A stretch of 64,000 bases of DNA from Eledone cirrhosa (taxonomy: Eukaryota): the NCBI GenBank assembly GCA_964016885.1, contig OZ024740.1, positions 243,412,001 to 243,476,000 of the forward strand, written 5' to 3'. Shown one piece after another: positions 12,248-25,290 of this stretch. The translations under genes and the position numbers were made by a program. Numbering within the stretch: position 1 is the first letter of the stretch; every line of letters starts with the position of its first letter. The notes under the pieces were generated by a model. The model did no database searches. It had not been told where the DNA came from and saw only the letters and a list, made by a program, of their open reading frames with translations.

Positions 12248-12449
12248 TAAACTTCTATTTTACTTGCTATATTTATAAAGGAGGCTGGAATGCGCAAGTC
12301 GGGTGTGCCAATCAGTGAAAGAATAGAAACACGAAGAAAGAGAGATGGGACTAGTAAGCATATAATAGTGTGTAAAAAAAATAATAAGGATAGCATATAT
12401 ACATATAAACAGTATTAGATAGAGAGTTCCCTTTAAGAGTTATAAAAGT

Positions 12450-13182
12450 AGTGGATAATGGGTAGACTAACAGGAAGGGAAGACTTTGTTTGTAGAAGAT
12501 ACATGGAGGTAACTGAGGAAAAGATAGCCAGTAGTGTAAATCTATTCCAGTCGCAGGAAGGACACATAGAAGTGGTTGATAGCTTCTGCTATCTAGGCGA
12601 CATAATTAGTAGTGGAGGAGGGTACTCTGAGAACATAATAGGTAGAATAAAGATAGGATCGACAAAGTTCAGAGAGCTACTCCCATTGTTGACCACAAAA
12701 GGCTTCTTCCTATGTACAAAAGAACAATTGTATGAAGCCTGTGTGCAAAGTGCAATGCTGCATAGTGAAACATGGGCTGTGAGTGCAGAGGACATGTGTT
12801 GACTGGAGAGAAACGAAGGAACCATACTCCGTTGGATGTCAATGTAAGTGTGAGAGAAAGACAGAGCTTGGATGAGTTGAGGGGGAAGCTGGGTTTAAGA
12901 GATGGTGGGCAGGAGAGAAGACTGCATTGGTTTGGACATGTGATGCACATGGACAATGATTGTTGCATGAAGAAGAACCAGGAAGAAATGCCAATGGAAG
13001 GAAGTCACAGTAGTGGTAGACCAAGAAAGACCTGGGCAGAGGTTTTGAGATCTAACTTCAAATCACTGAGACTCACAGAGATGACAATGGATTGCAGCAT
13101 GTGGAGAGATGCTGTGCTGAGAAAAACTCGTCCAACCCATGCAAGCATAGAAAAGCGGACGTAAAAATGATGATGATGATGA
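12450..13182 (+). mobile_element. RTE LINE 3' fragment
   Basis: VVDSFCYLGDIISSGGG...KFRELLPLL...RRLHWFGHV...GRPRKTW, (GAT)n tail. Confidence 0.9.
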
Positions 13183-13295
13183 TATATATACACACACACA
13201 TATTATGTGTGTGAAAAGTAAATGGAAAACAACAAAGCAAAGAAGACAGTACAATAGAAATATGTATTACTTTATGGCTTGATATAGTAAGAAAA

Positions 13296-13329
13296 GAGTC
13301 TTAACATTTCGGACGCTAGTCTTTCATCA
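13296..13329 (-). ncRNA. Minimal hammerhead motif, 5'-truncated by TA run
   Basis: Minus strand aTGATGA-A-AGAC-TAGC-GTCC-GAAA-TGTT-AAGACTC. Confidence 0.5.
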
Positions 13330-13469
13330 TATATATGTATGTATATAATTCCAAGTAATCAGTGTTGGTTGATCAAGCAATCAACCGACTGTAGTGTAAT
13401 TATATGTAAGCAATCCATGACATGGGTATCATAGGTTATTACCTATAAGGTATCGGAGGAGTGTCATAT

Positions 13470-13533
<64 letters not shown>

Positions 13534-13962
13534 CTCTGTGTCTTTGCTTCACATTGACACCCTTAGTTGTAACATTTGTTTATGTTCTGTATAAATAATA
13601 AAAGTAGGGGTTGACTTCAGGAAAGGTATTTGGTCTGAGAAAAACCTGCCTGAAAATTTTTCTTCCAATGTATGCCAATATGGAAAATAAAATAAATAAA
13701 AGTGATGATGATGATAAAGATTTGTGCTCGGGAACATGGCTGTTTACATCTTAATAAGTAACCATCTGCTACTATCATTTGGAATTTTAAGAAGGAGATG
13801 TGTATGGATCCAGATGAATTGTTTAATATCAAAAGCTGTTGGTTTGATCTTTATGCTAAGCTGCCATATATGGACACTAACATTTGTTTTTATTGTTGTT
13901 TCATGGCAAACCTGAATACATATGGTGATCATAGAGGTTATGATGATAATGATGATAATGCT

Positions 13963-14298
13963 GATGGTGGTGGTAGAGATGGTAGAGATGGTGATAGTGA
14001 CAGTGATGATTGTGATAATGTTAATGGTGATGGTGGTGGCGGAGATGGCAGAGATGGTGATAGTGACGGTGATGATTGTGATAATGTTAATGGTGATGGT
14101 GGTGGTAGAGATGGTAGAGATGGTGATAGTGACAGTGATGATTGTGATAATGTTAATGGTGATGGTGGTGGCGGAGATGGCAGAGATGGTGATAGTGACG
14201 GTGATGATTGTGATGATGTTAATGGTGATGGTGGTGGCGGAGATGGCAGAGATGGTGATAGTGACGGTGATGATTGTGATAATGTTAATGGTGATGGT
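13963..14298. repeat. 66-bp minisatellite x5 within a (GAT/GGT)n low-complexity tract (13920-14545)
   Basis: TGTGAT(A/G)ATGTTAATGG recurs at 14011, 14077, 14143, 14209, 14275. Confidence 0.9.
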
Positions 14299-14734
14299 AA
14301 TAGTTGCATTTGATGGTGTTGGTGATGATGAGGGTGATGGTGAGGGTGATGGTAATAGTGGTTGCGATAACAATGATAATGATGATTATAGTGATGGTGG
14401 TATTTGATGGAGATGATGATGGTAGAGATAGTGTTAGTGGTGATAGTGGGGATGATGGTGGTAGAGATGGTGATTATGGTAATGGGGATGATGATAGTGG
14501 TAATAATGGGGATGGTGATGATGATGATGATAATGATGTTATAGTCACTACAACAAATTGATAAAGATCAACACCAACATTTGATAATGTCCAGTAATCA
14601 ATATGGACAGATACAATTGTAATTTCTGTGTATGCTCTATATACATATCTGTTGGTCATCTTGCTGTTGTTGTTGTTGATGGTAGTGGTGATTCTTTTTT
14701 TTCTTCACCACTACTATTATCATCATCATCATCA

Positions 14735-15135
14735 TCATCACCTGATTGTATGATGCTTGAGTATGAAGTGTGGTGCTTCTTGATAGCAAGACAGGAGTAT
14801 TGAATACAGAAGATTTGTGCTGGTTAGAAATAAATGAAGTGAAGCATGTATGTTCTGTCGGATGTATAATGTTTAGTGTACATGACTGGCAATGGATAAA
14901 GGAGCTAATAGAAACATTTGATACAAGAGGAATCAAAGTATATATGAGAGAAAGCTACACTGATACAGAATTGCAAAGTGTATGGGTGATGTGGAGTATA
15001 AGGAGGTGCCGAATGTTTGAAGTGGATGTATCCTGTGGAAGAGGAAGACCTAGAAGGACATTGGATGAAGTAGTGATGACTGATTTCAAGAAACTAAACT
15101 TTGTAAAGGAGATGTTAAAGCATTGTCTTGATTGA
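14735..15135 (+). mobile_element. Old RTE 3' fragment
   Basis: RGRPRRTLDEVVMTDFKKLN motif. Confidence 0.7.
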
Positions 15136-16132
15136 TTATACATGGCAAATGGCTCACTAGTATAATGGTGTTGGTGATATAGGCTAGGAGGTATAATAGA
15201 TGTGAACATATATAAGACATTATGACAACCTCACTATTTCTGGGGTTTTGATAAAATGCACTCAGTAGAATGCGTAAATGAGATGCAGGCTCCCAACCTA
15301 TACGAGCACTTCGTAGAGCATGAGAATGCATGCAAGCAAGAAACAGGCTCTTGGCTATTTGATAATGGTGAAGTTGATGATGATGATGAATCCCTTACCC
15401 TTATATTCCATCTACCACCCTTTTTAATTACCCTCCCATCTATCATTCTCCTTCACACATTCTCCAATTCAATGTACCTTCTTGCTTGCAGAACAAGGGA
15501 TGGCATTAGAACTGTACATATTCAATCTCACTGTCATTATCCTGCAATCACTTTAGCTCTCTACAATCATAGCATCTTTGTAATGAGGGATAGAATCTTA
15601 TCTGTCCATATCCAGTACACAATACCATCATTTTTCTCTACCACTAACCATTATTCTCACTCTATCCTTATGTCTATTTATTGACATCTACCATTTCAAC
15701 CATCTTAATTTACCTTCATCTATCTCTATTAGCACAGCCGTTAAAACATCAGATAGAATGCTTTGCCATATTTGTTTCAGCTCTCTGCATGGTCACCTTT
15801 GCCTTTCATCCTTTTGAGGTCAATAAAAAAAGTACCAGTCCAATATTGGGGATGATTCTTCCTTTCTCTCCTTTCTTTCTTTCTTCCTCTCTCAACCTTT
15901 CGAGTTTTATAAAGAAAATATTAGTAGGTGCAGGTGCAGCCCTCTCTCATACCAGCTGTCACATCCTGAATGTTCTACTGAATCAAGGGAGGGAGGATCA
16001 AGAGGATGTCTGTCTGCTCACTACTGTATGAGCACCTAAAACCTTCACCAAAAGAACTCACCTCTTAAGCCATATCAGTAGAATGACCCTGCTATTCTTG
16101 CTCTTGTGTTGGCATATAAACAGAATGGCAAA

Positions 16133-16170
16133 CGCTAATATTTCTGGGTTATTACCCTTCATCAGTACTG
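16133..16170 (-). ncRNA. Minimal hammerhead motif
   Basis: Minus strand CTGATGA-A-GGGT-AATA-ACCC-A-GAAA-TATT; intact core and stem II, palindromic AATATT stem III, weak stem I. Confidence 0.5.
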
Positions 16171-17039
16171 TATACTGTTTACCTACCAACTGTCAGAGCT
16201 AGTGAAAATATATGATATTTTCTGGAATATACAGTGACTGATCGGCTTGGTTTGCATATTAGCAGACTGCCTGATCAGCCAGATCTGTATATTAGCAGGC
16301 CCACTGATCAGCCAGATTTGGATATCAGCAGATAGGTCAGCCAGTTTTATGTATATGAGCGATTAATGGCTGATTTAGGTTTCATAACATGCTCCCTTCA
16401 TATTTTTCTCTCCTCTCAACAGTAATTTTTCTCGCTTCATTCCTTTTATGCTGAGTTAGAATTTTCTAGAGAAAACAAATGAAATCCCTCATGGTATTGC
16501 ATTCTCCCATCACCTTCACTTCCGCATTCCCTACTTATGCTTATATACAAGCTAATATAGAAGTCTACTTTCAATCATCATTCATCAAGTTTGTGAAAGG
16601 TTTATTTTCCCCCAGCTAAAATCTCCATTTCTCCTCCATACTACACCTTCATGTTTCATAACATGCTCCCTTTATATTTTTCTCTGCTGTCGATGTCATC
16701 CCCCATTTTACCGCCCTCCCACTCCCAAACACCACTACAGTCACCTTGAGATATTCAAAACACAACAGCGCAAATATCATGTAAATTTTAACTGAATATC
16801 TATCTCAATAACTATTATTACTTCTCCTGTTACTTCTACTTCTACTATTGTTATCTATGAGCCTGACTTGTATTGTATGGCAAATAGAATACAAAGCTGG
16901 AGCATTCCTAAAGATGAATATGAACCCACAAACCGTCTCTGGATAATCACACGAAGGCTCTTCTCTATTTGATGGAAAACCATCACCAATCCATCTTCCA
17001 CTCCCTCTCAAGTTTCCATCTTCTTCTTCTCACTTTTTC

Positions 17040-17945
17040 AGTGAACTTTATAATTTCTGAGTTGGGACCATCAATGTTGGCACAATGAAAGGAAGAGCAG
17101 GAGAAATTGTAGAGATGCTTGAACAAAAGAAAATTGATGTATGTTGTGTGCAAAGAGACTAGATAGAAGGGAATGTCAGCTAGATTGTTTGTGGGCAAAA
17201 AATGATGCTACAATTTTTTCTGGGTGGGAAATGACAATGGGCTGGGGGTGAGTAGGGATTATGGTAATTGCTGTAAATAGAGTGAACGACAGAATAATCA
17301 AACTTTGACTAGTACTAAATAGAACAACTGTAACAATTATATCTGCATATGCACCTCAATGAGGACTATCAGACAGATTAAAAGATAGGTTCAACGAAGT
17401 CCTAATGCATGTAACTTCCAAAATAAGTGACTTCATAATCATTGCAGGCGACTTTAATGAGCATGATGAGCATTACTGTTATGGATTTGGTGCTAGAAGT
17501 GAGGAAGGTTTCAGGCTTCTAGAATTCTGCGATGCCAATGATTTATCTATCTGTATCAGAAACTTAATAAAAAAACAGGCAATCACTTGATCATCTGTAG
17601 ATGAAGTGAGCAAGCCAGCCAGATAGACTTTACTGGCACTCTCTTCATTGTAAGGCAACTGCAGGAGATATACCTAGCTAAAAGCAAACCCTTCTACTTG
17701 GATTTAGTTGACCTGATAATGGAATGGGGGACTCTTTCAAAAGCTTTTCCCAGCTCCCAGTACACACTGTAAATGTGGTTGGCATTAGGAAGGGCATCCA
17801 GCTGTTGAAACCAAGCCAGAAACAATTCTGTGTGAGCAAGAAATGGTCATCTGATCTGACTTGTCCCACAGCAGGACAACTCGCCTAACCTATACTAGCT
17901 TGGACAAATGGACATTACACAGTGATGATGATGATGATGATGATT
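17040..17945 (+). mobile_element. Internally deleted RTE LINE (EN start + RT scrap + 3'UTR/tail)
   Basis: VGTINVGTMKGRAGEIVEMLEQKKIDVCCVQ; IIIAGDFN; [13 protein letters not shown] at ~17640; 3'UTR core and (GAT)n at 17755-17945. Confidence 0.8.
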
Positions 17946-18043
17946 AGCATAGTTCCACAAGAACGACAGGTACATAGTAAAATAAATATTTAATTATTCC
18001 TTGATTACAAAAATCTATGTTAAGTTACTTGACGCTCTGAGTT

Positions 18044-18131
18044 GTCTTCTTCTTCTTCTTCTTCTTCTTCTTCTTCTTCTTCTTCTTCTTCTTCTTCTTC
18101 TTCTTCTTCTTCTTCTTCTTCTTCTTCTTCT
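18044..18131. repeat. (CTT)n microsatellite
   Basis: Perfect trinucleotide run. Confidence 0.95.
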
Positions 18132-18390
18132 CAGATTGATATGTTATAAACATGACACTGACTGTGTCCTCTGTACTCTCCTCCACTTTCTCTCAGCTCA
18201 CTGTGTCTGTCTATATGGGACTAACTCCCAAACAAACAACTTTCTTTTATTAATGTTTGTATATTCTCTCTTTCTTTCACTTTCTCTTTCTTCTTTTCAA
18301 TTACAGTACATTGGGTTGTAGCAAATTTTATCTTATTTGTAAATAGTTGAAAGACCAATCTTCCTGTCTTTTGTACATTTTGTGTATACA

Positions 18391-18422
<32 letters not shown>

Positions 18423-18589
18423 TGTGTGTGTGTGTGTGCGTGTGCGTGTGTGTGCATGTGTGTGTATGTGTAAGAAAATTCATAATAAATTAAATGTAGG
18501 TGTGTGTGAATTTGATAGACAGAAACTGTAAAGAAGCCCATTATGAAGTACTGCATTAAATATGTCTTATTAGTCTCTAATTGGTTAAG

Positions 18590-18783
18590 GGTGGTGGTTT
18601 TCCAGTATCGGTAGAGTGTTAGACACCATGCTTTGCAACACAGAGTTATGGCCCTTTACGTTCTGAGTTCAAATCCCACCGAGGTTAGCTTTTTACCTTT
18701 CATCCTTACGGGGGTTGATAAAAATAAAGCACCAGTAATGCACTGGGGTAATTGCTACCCTTGTGCCAAAAGTAGAAGCATTA
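18590..18783 (+). mobile_element. SINE family 2 (Nin/Deu-like)
   Basis: GTTCAAATCC B-box and CCTTTCATCCTTACGGGGGTTGATAAAAATAAAG; matches 29803-29992. Confidence 0.85.
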
Positions 18784-18929
18784 GTCTTTAATTGGTTACA
18801 TCATATACACTTAACAACTAATATGGCAATTATCTAGCATAGTACTTCATAATGAGCTTCCTAACAGTTTCCATCTACTAAATTCACACACAGGGGCAAA
18901 TCTACATTCAATCTATTATGGATTTTCTA

Positions 18930-21270
18930 ACACATACATGCACTTACACACATACATACACTTACACACATACATACACTTACACACATACATACACTTA
19001 CACACATACATGCACTTACACACATACATGCACTTACACACATACATGCACTTACACACATACATGCACTTACACACATACATGCACTTACACACATACA
19101 TGCACTTACACACATACATGCACTTACACACATACATACACTTACACACATACATGCACTTACACACATACATGCACTTACACACATACATGCACTTACA
19201 CACATACATGCACTTACACACATACATACACTTACACACATACATGCACTTACACACATACATGCACTTACACACATACATGCACTTACACACATACATG
19301 CACTTACACACATACATGCACTTACACACATACATGCACTTACACACATACATGCACTTACACACATACATACACTTACACACATACATGCACTTACACA
19401 CATACAAGCACTTACACACATACATACACTTACACACATACATACACTTACACACATACATACACTTACACACATACATACACTTACACACATACATGCA
19501 CTTACACACATACATGCACTTACACACATACATGCACTTACACACATACATGCACTTACACACATACATGCACTTACACACATACATGCACTTACACACA
19601 TACATGCACTTACACACATACATGCACTTACACACATACATACACTTACACACATACATGCAATTACACACATACATGCACTTACACACATACATGCACT
19701 TACACACATACATGCACTTACACACATACATACACTTACACACATACATACACTTACACACATACATACACTTACACACATACATACACTTACACACATA
19801 CATGCACTTACACACATACATACACTTACACACATACATACACTTACACACATACAGGCACTTACACACATACATACACTTACACACATACATACACTTA
19901 CACACATACATACACTTACACACATACATACACTTACACACATACATGCACTTACACACATACATGCACTTACACACATACATGCACTTACACACATACA
20001 TGCACTTACACACATACATGCACTTACACACATACATACACTTACACACATACATACACTTACACACATACATGCACTTACACACATACATGCACTTACA
20101 CACATACATGCACTTACACACATACATACACTTACACACATACAGGCACTTACACACATACATACACTTACACACATACATACACTTACACACATACATG
20201 CACTTACACACATACATGCACTTACACACATACATGCACTTACACACATACATGCACTTACACACATACATGCACTTACACACATACATACACTTACACA
20301 CATACATGCAATTACACACATACATGCACTTACACACATACATGCACTTACACACATACATGCACTTACACACATACATACACTTACACACATACATACA
20401 CTTACACACATACATACACTTACACACATACATACACTTACACACATACATGCACTTACACACATACATACACTTACACACATACATACACTTACACACA
20501 TACAGGCACTTACACACATACATACACTTACACACATACATACACTTACACACATACATACACTTACACACATACATACACTTACACACATACATGCACT
20601 TACACACATACATGCACTTACACACATACATGCACTTACACACATACATGCACTTACACACATACATGCACTTACACACATACATACACTTACACACATA
20701 CATACACTTACACACATACATACACTTACACACATACATGCACTTACACACATACATGCACTTACACACATACACTTACACACATACATACACTTACACA
20801 CATACATACACTTACACACATACATACACTTACACACATACATGCACTTACACACATACATACACTTACACACATACATACACTTACACACATACATGCA
20901 CTTACACACATACATGCACTTACACACATACATACACTTACACACATACATACACTTACACACATACATACACTTACACACATACATACACTTACACACA
21001 TACATACACTTACACACATACATGCACTTACACACATACATGCACTTACACACATACATGCACTTACACACATACATGCACTTACACACATACATACACT
21101 TACACACATACATACACTTACACACATACATACACTTACACACATACATACACTTACACACATACATGCACTTACACACATACATACACTTACACACATA
21201 CATACACTTACACACATACATACACTTACACACATACATACACTTACACACATACATACATTTACACACA
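18930..21270. repeat. 18-bp minisatellite CACTTACACACATACAT(G/A), ~130 units
   Basis: Directly visible; accounts for the long spurious ORFs on both strands. Confidence 0.98.
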
Positions 21271-21516
21271 TATATATACTGCTATGGAAAACATTAAAGC
21301 TCAGAATTTAAAAGAAAGCAGAGTTTTGTTTTTATTTCATATCATTATATATATGTAGGTAACCATGAGCATGTGTATATGTGTGTTTATAAATGCATAT
21401 ACACACATATACATAGATAGACATGCACTCATACTCATAGGCACACACATTCACACATGCACTTCTAAATAGATTTGAAGTATTGAATTATGAGTTACCC
21501 TAGAAAAACGAAACAC

Positions 21517-21683
21517 CCAGCACCACCACCACCACCAGCACCACCACCACCACCACCACCAGCACCACCAGCACCAGCACCACCACCACCACCAGCACTA
21601 CCAGCACCACCACCACCAGCACCACCACCAGCACCACCACTACCAGCACCACCACCACCAGCACCACCACCAGCACCAGCACC

Positions 21684-21714
<31 letters not shown>

Positions 21715-22005
21715 CCAGCACCACCACTACCAGCACCAGCACCACCAGCACCAGCACCACCACCGTCACCAGCACCACCACCACCACCAGCACCACCACC
21801 ACCACCACCATCACCACCACCACCACCAGCACCACTAGCACCACCACCACCACCACCACCACCACCACCAGCACCACCACCAACACCACCAGAACCACCA
21901 CCAGCACCACCAGCACAATCACCACCACCACCACCAGCACCATCACCACCACCACCAGCACTACCAACCACCAGCACCACCACAACCACCAGCACCAGCT
22001 CCACC

Positions 22006-22036
<31 letters not shown>

Positions 22037-22041
22037 CCACC
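21517..22041. repeat. (CCA)n/(CCAGCA) low-complexity repeat
   Basis: Directly visible. Confidence 0.95.
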
Positions 22042-22560
22042 AGTTTGTATCTAGTTTGTGTATTTAATTAGCTCTATAAATACACTCATTGATTGCTGCT
22101 TGCTTTTCTAATTAATCCAGAAGTCATCGTTAACTGTTCTAGTTTAATCTGATGGAGGGGAGAATATATATCATCTGAAATTAAATGCAACAATTAGAGA
22201 GAGAAAAATGGTTTCATATGTCAAAGACATGGAATCAGCAAATCTGATGATGATCATTCTCTGAGGATCTTACAGATAAATCAATAGAGCATCATTTAAA
22301 TTAAAGGAGTATTTTTTGAGTTTATTGTTAGTTGATATTGTTGGTGTTGTTGTTTATCGTTGTTCTGGTGGTGGTTGTCTAGGTGTCTTGCAAAGGACAC
22401 GACAATATAGAATATAACATATCTATCACTTTTTCCGTTGTTTCTTTTGTATGTTTTTTGTTTATTTCACCAAGCTGGAAATCAATATTAAAGGTAGGAT
22501 ATACCGTTTTTCTTGACATTTTTTATGGCATATAACTTAGTATAAGTCATATATATGTAA

Positions 22561-22598
<38 letters not shown>

Positions 22599-22600
<2 letters not shown>

Positions 22601-24795
22601 GCTTTTACAAACAATCACAATGACAGAGGACGGAGACATCGTTATGCTAGCAGGGTACTTCAATGGTCATGTTGGACAGCTCCAGGGTGGTTACACTGGG
22701 GTACATGGTGGGCACGGTTATGGCTCAAGAAATGAAGAAGGAGTGAGACCTCTTGAATTTTGTGATGCAAGTACACTGACTATTTGCAACACAAACTTCC
22801 AGAAACCTGCCAACCACCTAATAACCTACAAATCTGGCGACCACATAAGCCAGATTGACTTCTTATTAGTTAGGCAGCGAGACAGGCAGATAGTGTCTAA
22901 TACCGAGGCATACCCTGGGGAAGAATGTACCCCACAGCATAGGTTAGTCGTTAGTGATATCTCAGTAAGCAAGAGATGGAATGAGACATACAGGAAGGTG
23001 TGGAGAAGAAAGGTCTGGAAGCTAAAAGACCTTTCACTAAAATACAAATTTAGGAAAGCCCTTCAAGATGTGTATGACGAAAAAGAAGACGATTTAGAGA
23101 CGTATGACATAGATAATAACTGGAATTTCATACGTGACAACTTACTGCAGGGTACTGATGAAACTTGTGGCTGGAGCAGAGCTCCAACCAGACAGAGAGT
23201 GACCTGGTGGTGGAACAGCACAGTAGATAAGGCCATTAGAGACAAAAGACTAGCATGGAAGGCTTGGAAAAAGGGTGGGAGTAGGGAAGAATATACAGCC
23301 GCTAAGAGAGAAGCTAGATAGACGTCAGGTGTACTTAGCACACAGGGAGGCTGAGAGTAGGAGGTTTGCCAATGTTCTGCGACGGGAAGATCAGAGGCGT
23401 GCGGTGTTCCACATTGCAAGGCAGTGTGTCAATGCAAATCAGGATGTTGTTGGAGATAAATGTGTCCGGGATGATGCCGGTGTACTTAGTGTCACGAATG
23501 ATCAGAAAAAGGAGGCCTGGAAATGTCATTATGAGAAACTGATGAATGTGGAGAACCAATGGGAGAGAGAGAAATTACCCTCAGTAGATCCGACAATTGC
23601 AAGAGAGGTTCTCAGAGAAAAATAAGCCACTATACTTAGCCTTTGTTGACCTAGAGAAGGCCTTTGATAGGGTACCCCGATCTGTCATCTGGTGGTCCCT
23701 AAGGAAACTAGGTGTTGAGGAATGGCTTGTGAGAACAGTGAAAACTTTGTACAGAGGTACTGTCAGTAAAGTTAGGGTAGGAATGGAGTTTAGTGAGGAA
23801 TTCCAGATACAAGTAGGAGTACATCAGGGTTCGGTCCTCAGCCCGCTCTTGTTCATTATAGTCCTCCAAGACATAACAGAGGAGTTTAAGTCTGGCTGTC
23901 CATGGGAACTTCTCTATGCTGACGATCTGGTTCTTATAGCAGAATCAGTAGAGGAGCTAGAGAATAAATTCTGGCTATGGAAACAGCAGTTGGAAGCAAG
24001 AGGACTGAGAATGAACCTAGCTAAGACAAAAGTGTTGATGAGTAGAAAAGAGGACAAAACTCTGATTCCGTCAGGGAAATGGCCATGTTCGATATGCAAA
24101 AAATGGACTGGCATACATTCTATAAAATGCACACAATGTAGATCTTGGGTACACAAGAGATGTAGTGGGATAGCAGGCAAACTAACAGGTAGAGAGAAAT
24201 ATGTATGCAGTAGATGTTCAGGGAAATTAGACAGTAGAAATCGCATTGATATACACATTTTTCAAATGCAGGCGGGTGCTATAGAAGTGGTGGATAGCTT
24301 CCGGCACCTAGGAGATCAGATTAGCAAGAGGGGGGGGGGGATTCCGAGGCCATAGTATCTAGAATAAGGACGGGTTGGAAGAAGTTTAGGGACCTGCTTC
24401 CTCTGCTGACGAAGAAGGGTTTCTCCCTACATACGAAAGGCCGGTTATATGATGCTTGTGTGAGGAGCGCGATGCTGCATAGTAGTGAGACATGGGCAGC
24501 AACTGCAGAGGATATGCGACGGCTGGAGGGAAATAAGGCAAGCATGCTCCGTTGGATGTGCAGTGTCAATGTGCGTGAACGACCCAGCATGAATGTGTTG
24601 AGAGAGAAACTGTGTCTGAGAGGGATAGAATGTAGTGTACGGAGGTGCTGAGAACAGACCTCTGATCGCTGAAGCTCACGGTGGAGATGACGAAGGACCG
24701 TGACAAGTGGAGAGATGCTGTGCTGAATAAGACTTGTCCCACCCTTGCAAGTAGGGAAGTGTGGACGTAAAATGATGATGATGATGATGGATGAT
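22599..24795 (+). mobile_element. RTE LINE subfamily B, 5'-truncated, two internal deletions
   Basis: EN C-terminus (SQIDFLL, TPQHRLVV), RT ([24 protein letters not shown]), PHD-like finger, (GAT)n tail; (TA)n on both sides. Confidence 0.95.
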
Positions 24796-24828
24796 ATATA
24801 TATATATATATATATACATATATATATG

Positions 24829-24893
<65 letters not shown>

Positions 24894-24928
24894 AGTAAGT
24901 ATGTTTTGAAACAGTGAGCAGGTTTGAA

Positions 24929-25043
24929 ATTAGAAAATAGAATAGCTTTCACCGTATTTTTGACTAAAGGGATTTTAGCCTGATAATGGGGTTAGCCTGA
25001 TAATGGAGTCAAAAATACGGTGAAAGCTATTCTATTTTCTAAT
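24929..25043. repeat. 37-bp perfect inverted repeat with duplicated spacer
   Basis: Arms 24929-24965 and 25007-25043; the spacer holds TTAGCCTGATAATGG twice. Confidence 0.85.
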
Positions 25044-25290
25044 ATATATATATATATATATAAACAACACACAAAAACAAGATGGTATAAGACAGGACAA
25101 AGGAGAGACACAAAATAAAAACCTAGTCACTGAGGAGGTCAAAGAGCTTTGACAATATATAAACAATCTTCCGATTATCGAAACAACCAACCAGCCAACC
25201 AACTGGAAACTTATAATAAATTGAAGTAAAAACCAACAGGTGCGTATATTTTTATTGGCAGCATGACCTTCTCATATATATATATATATA

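Noticed and set aside
13744-14561. Asp/Gly-rich biomineralisation-like ORF
   Set aside because: 66-bp minisatellite in a (GAT/GGT)n tract, open in five frames.
18916-21358. 600-800 aa ORFs (CKCMYV, HLHTY, THTCTY repeats)
   Set aside because: Translations of an 18-bp minisatellite open in several frames on both strands; no unique coding flanks.
21490-22071. Formin/extensin-like polyproline ORF
   Set aside because: (CCA)n simple repeat open in multiple frames; no domain or splice context.
25125-25190. Hammerhead candidate CTGAGGA-GGTCAAAG-AG-CTTTGAC
   Set aside because: No GAAA after the stem and no stems I/III.
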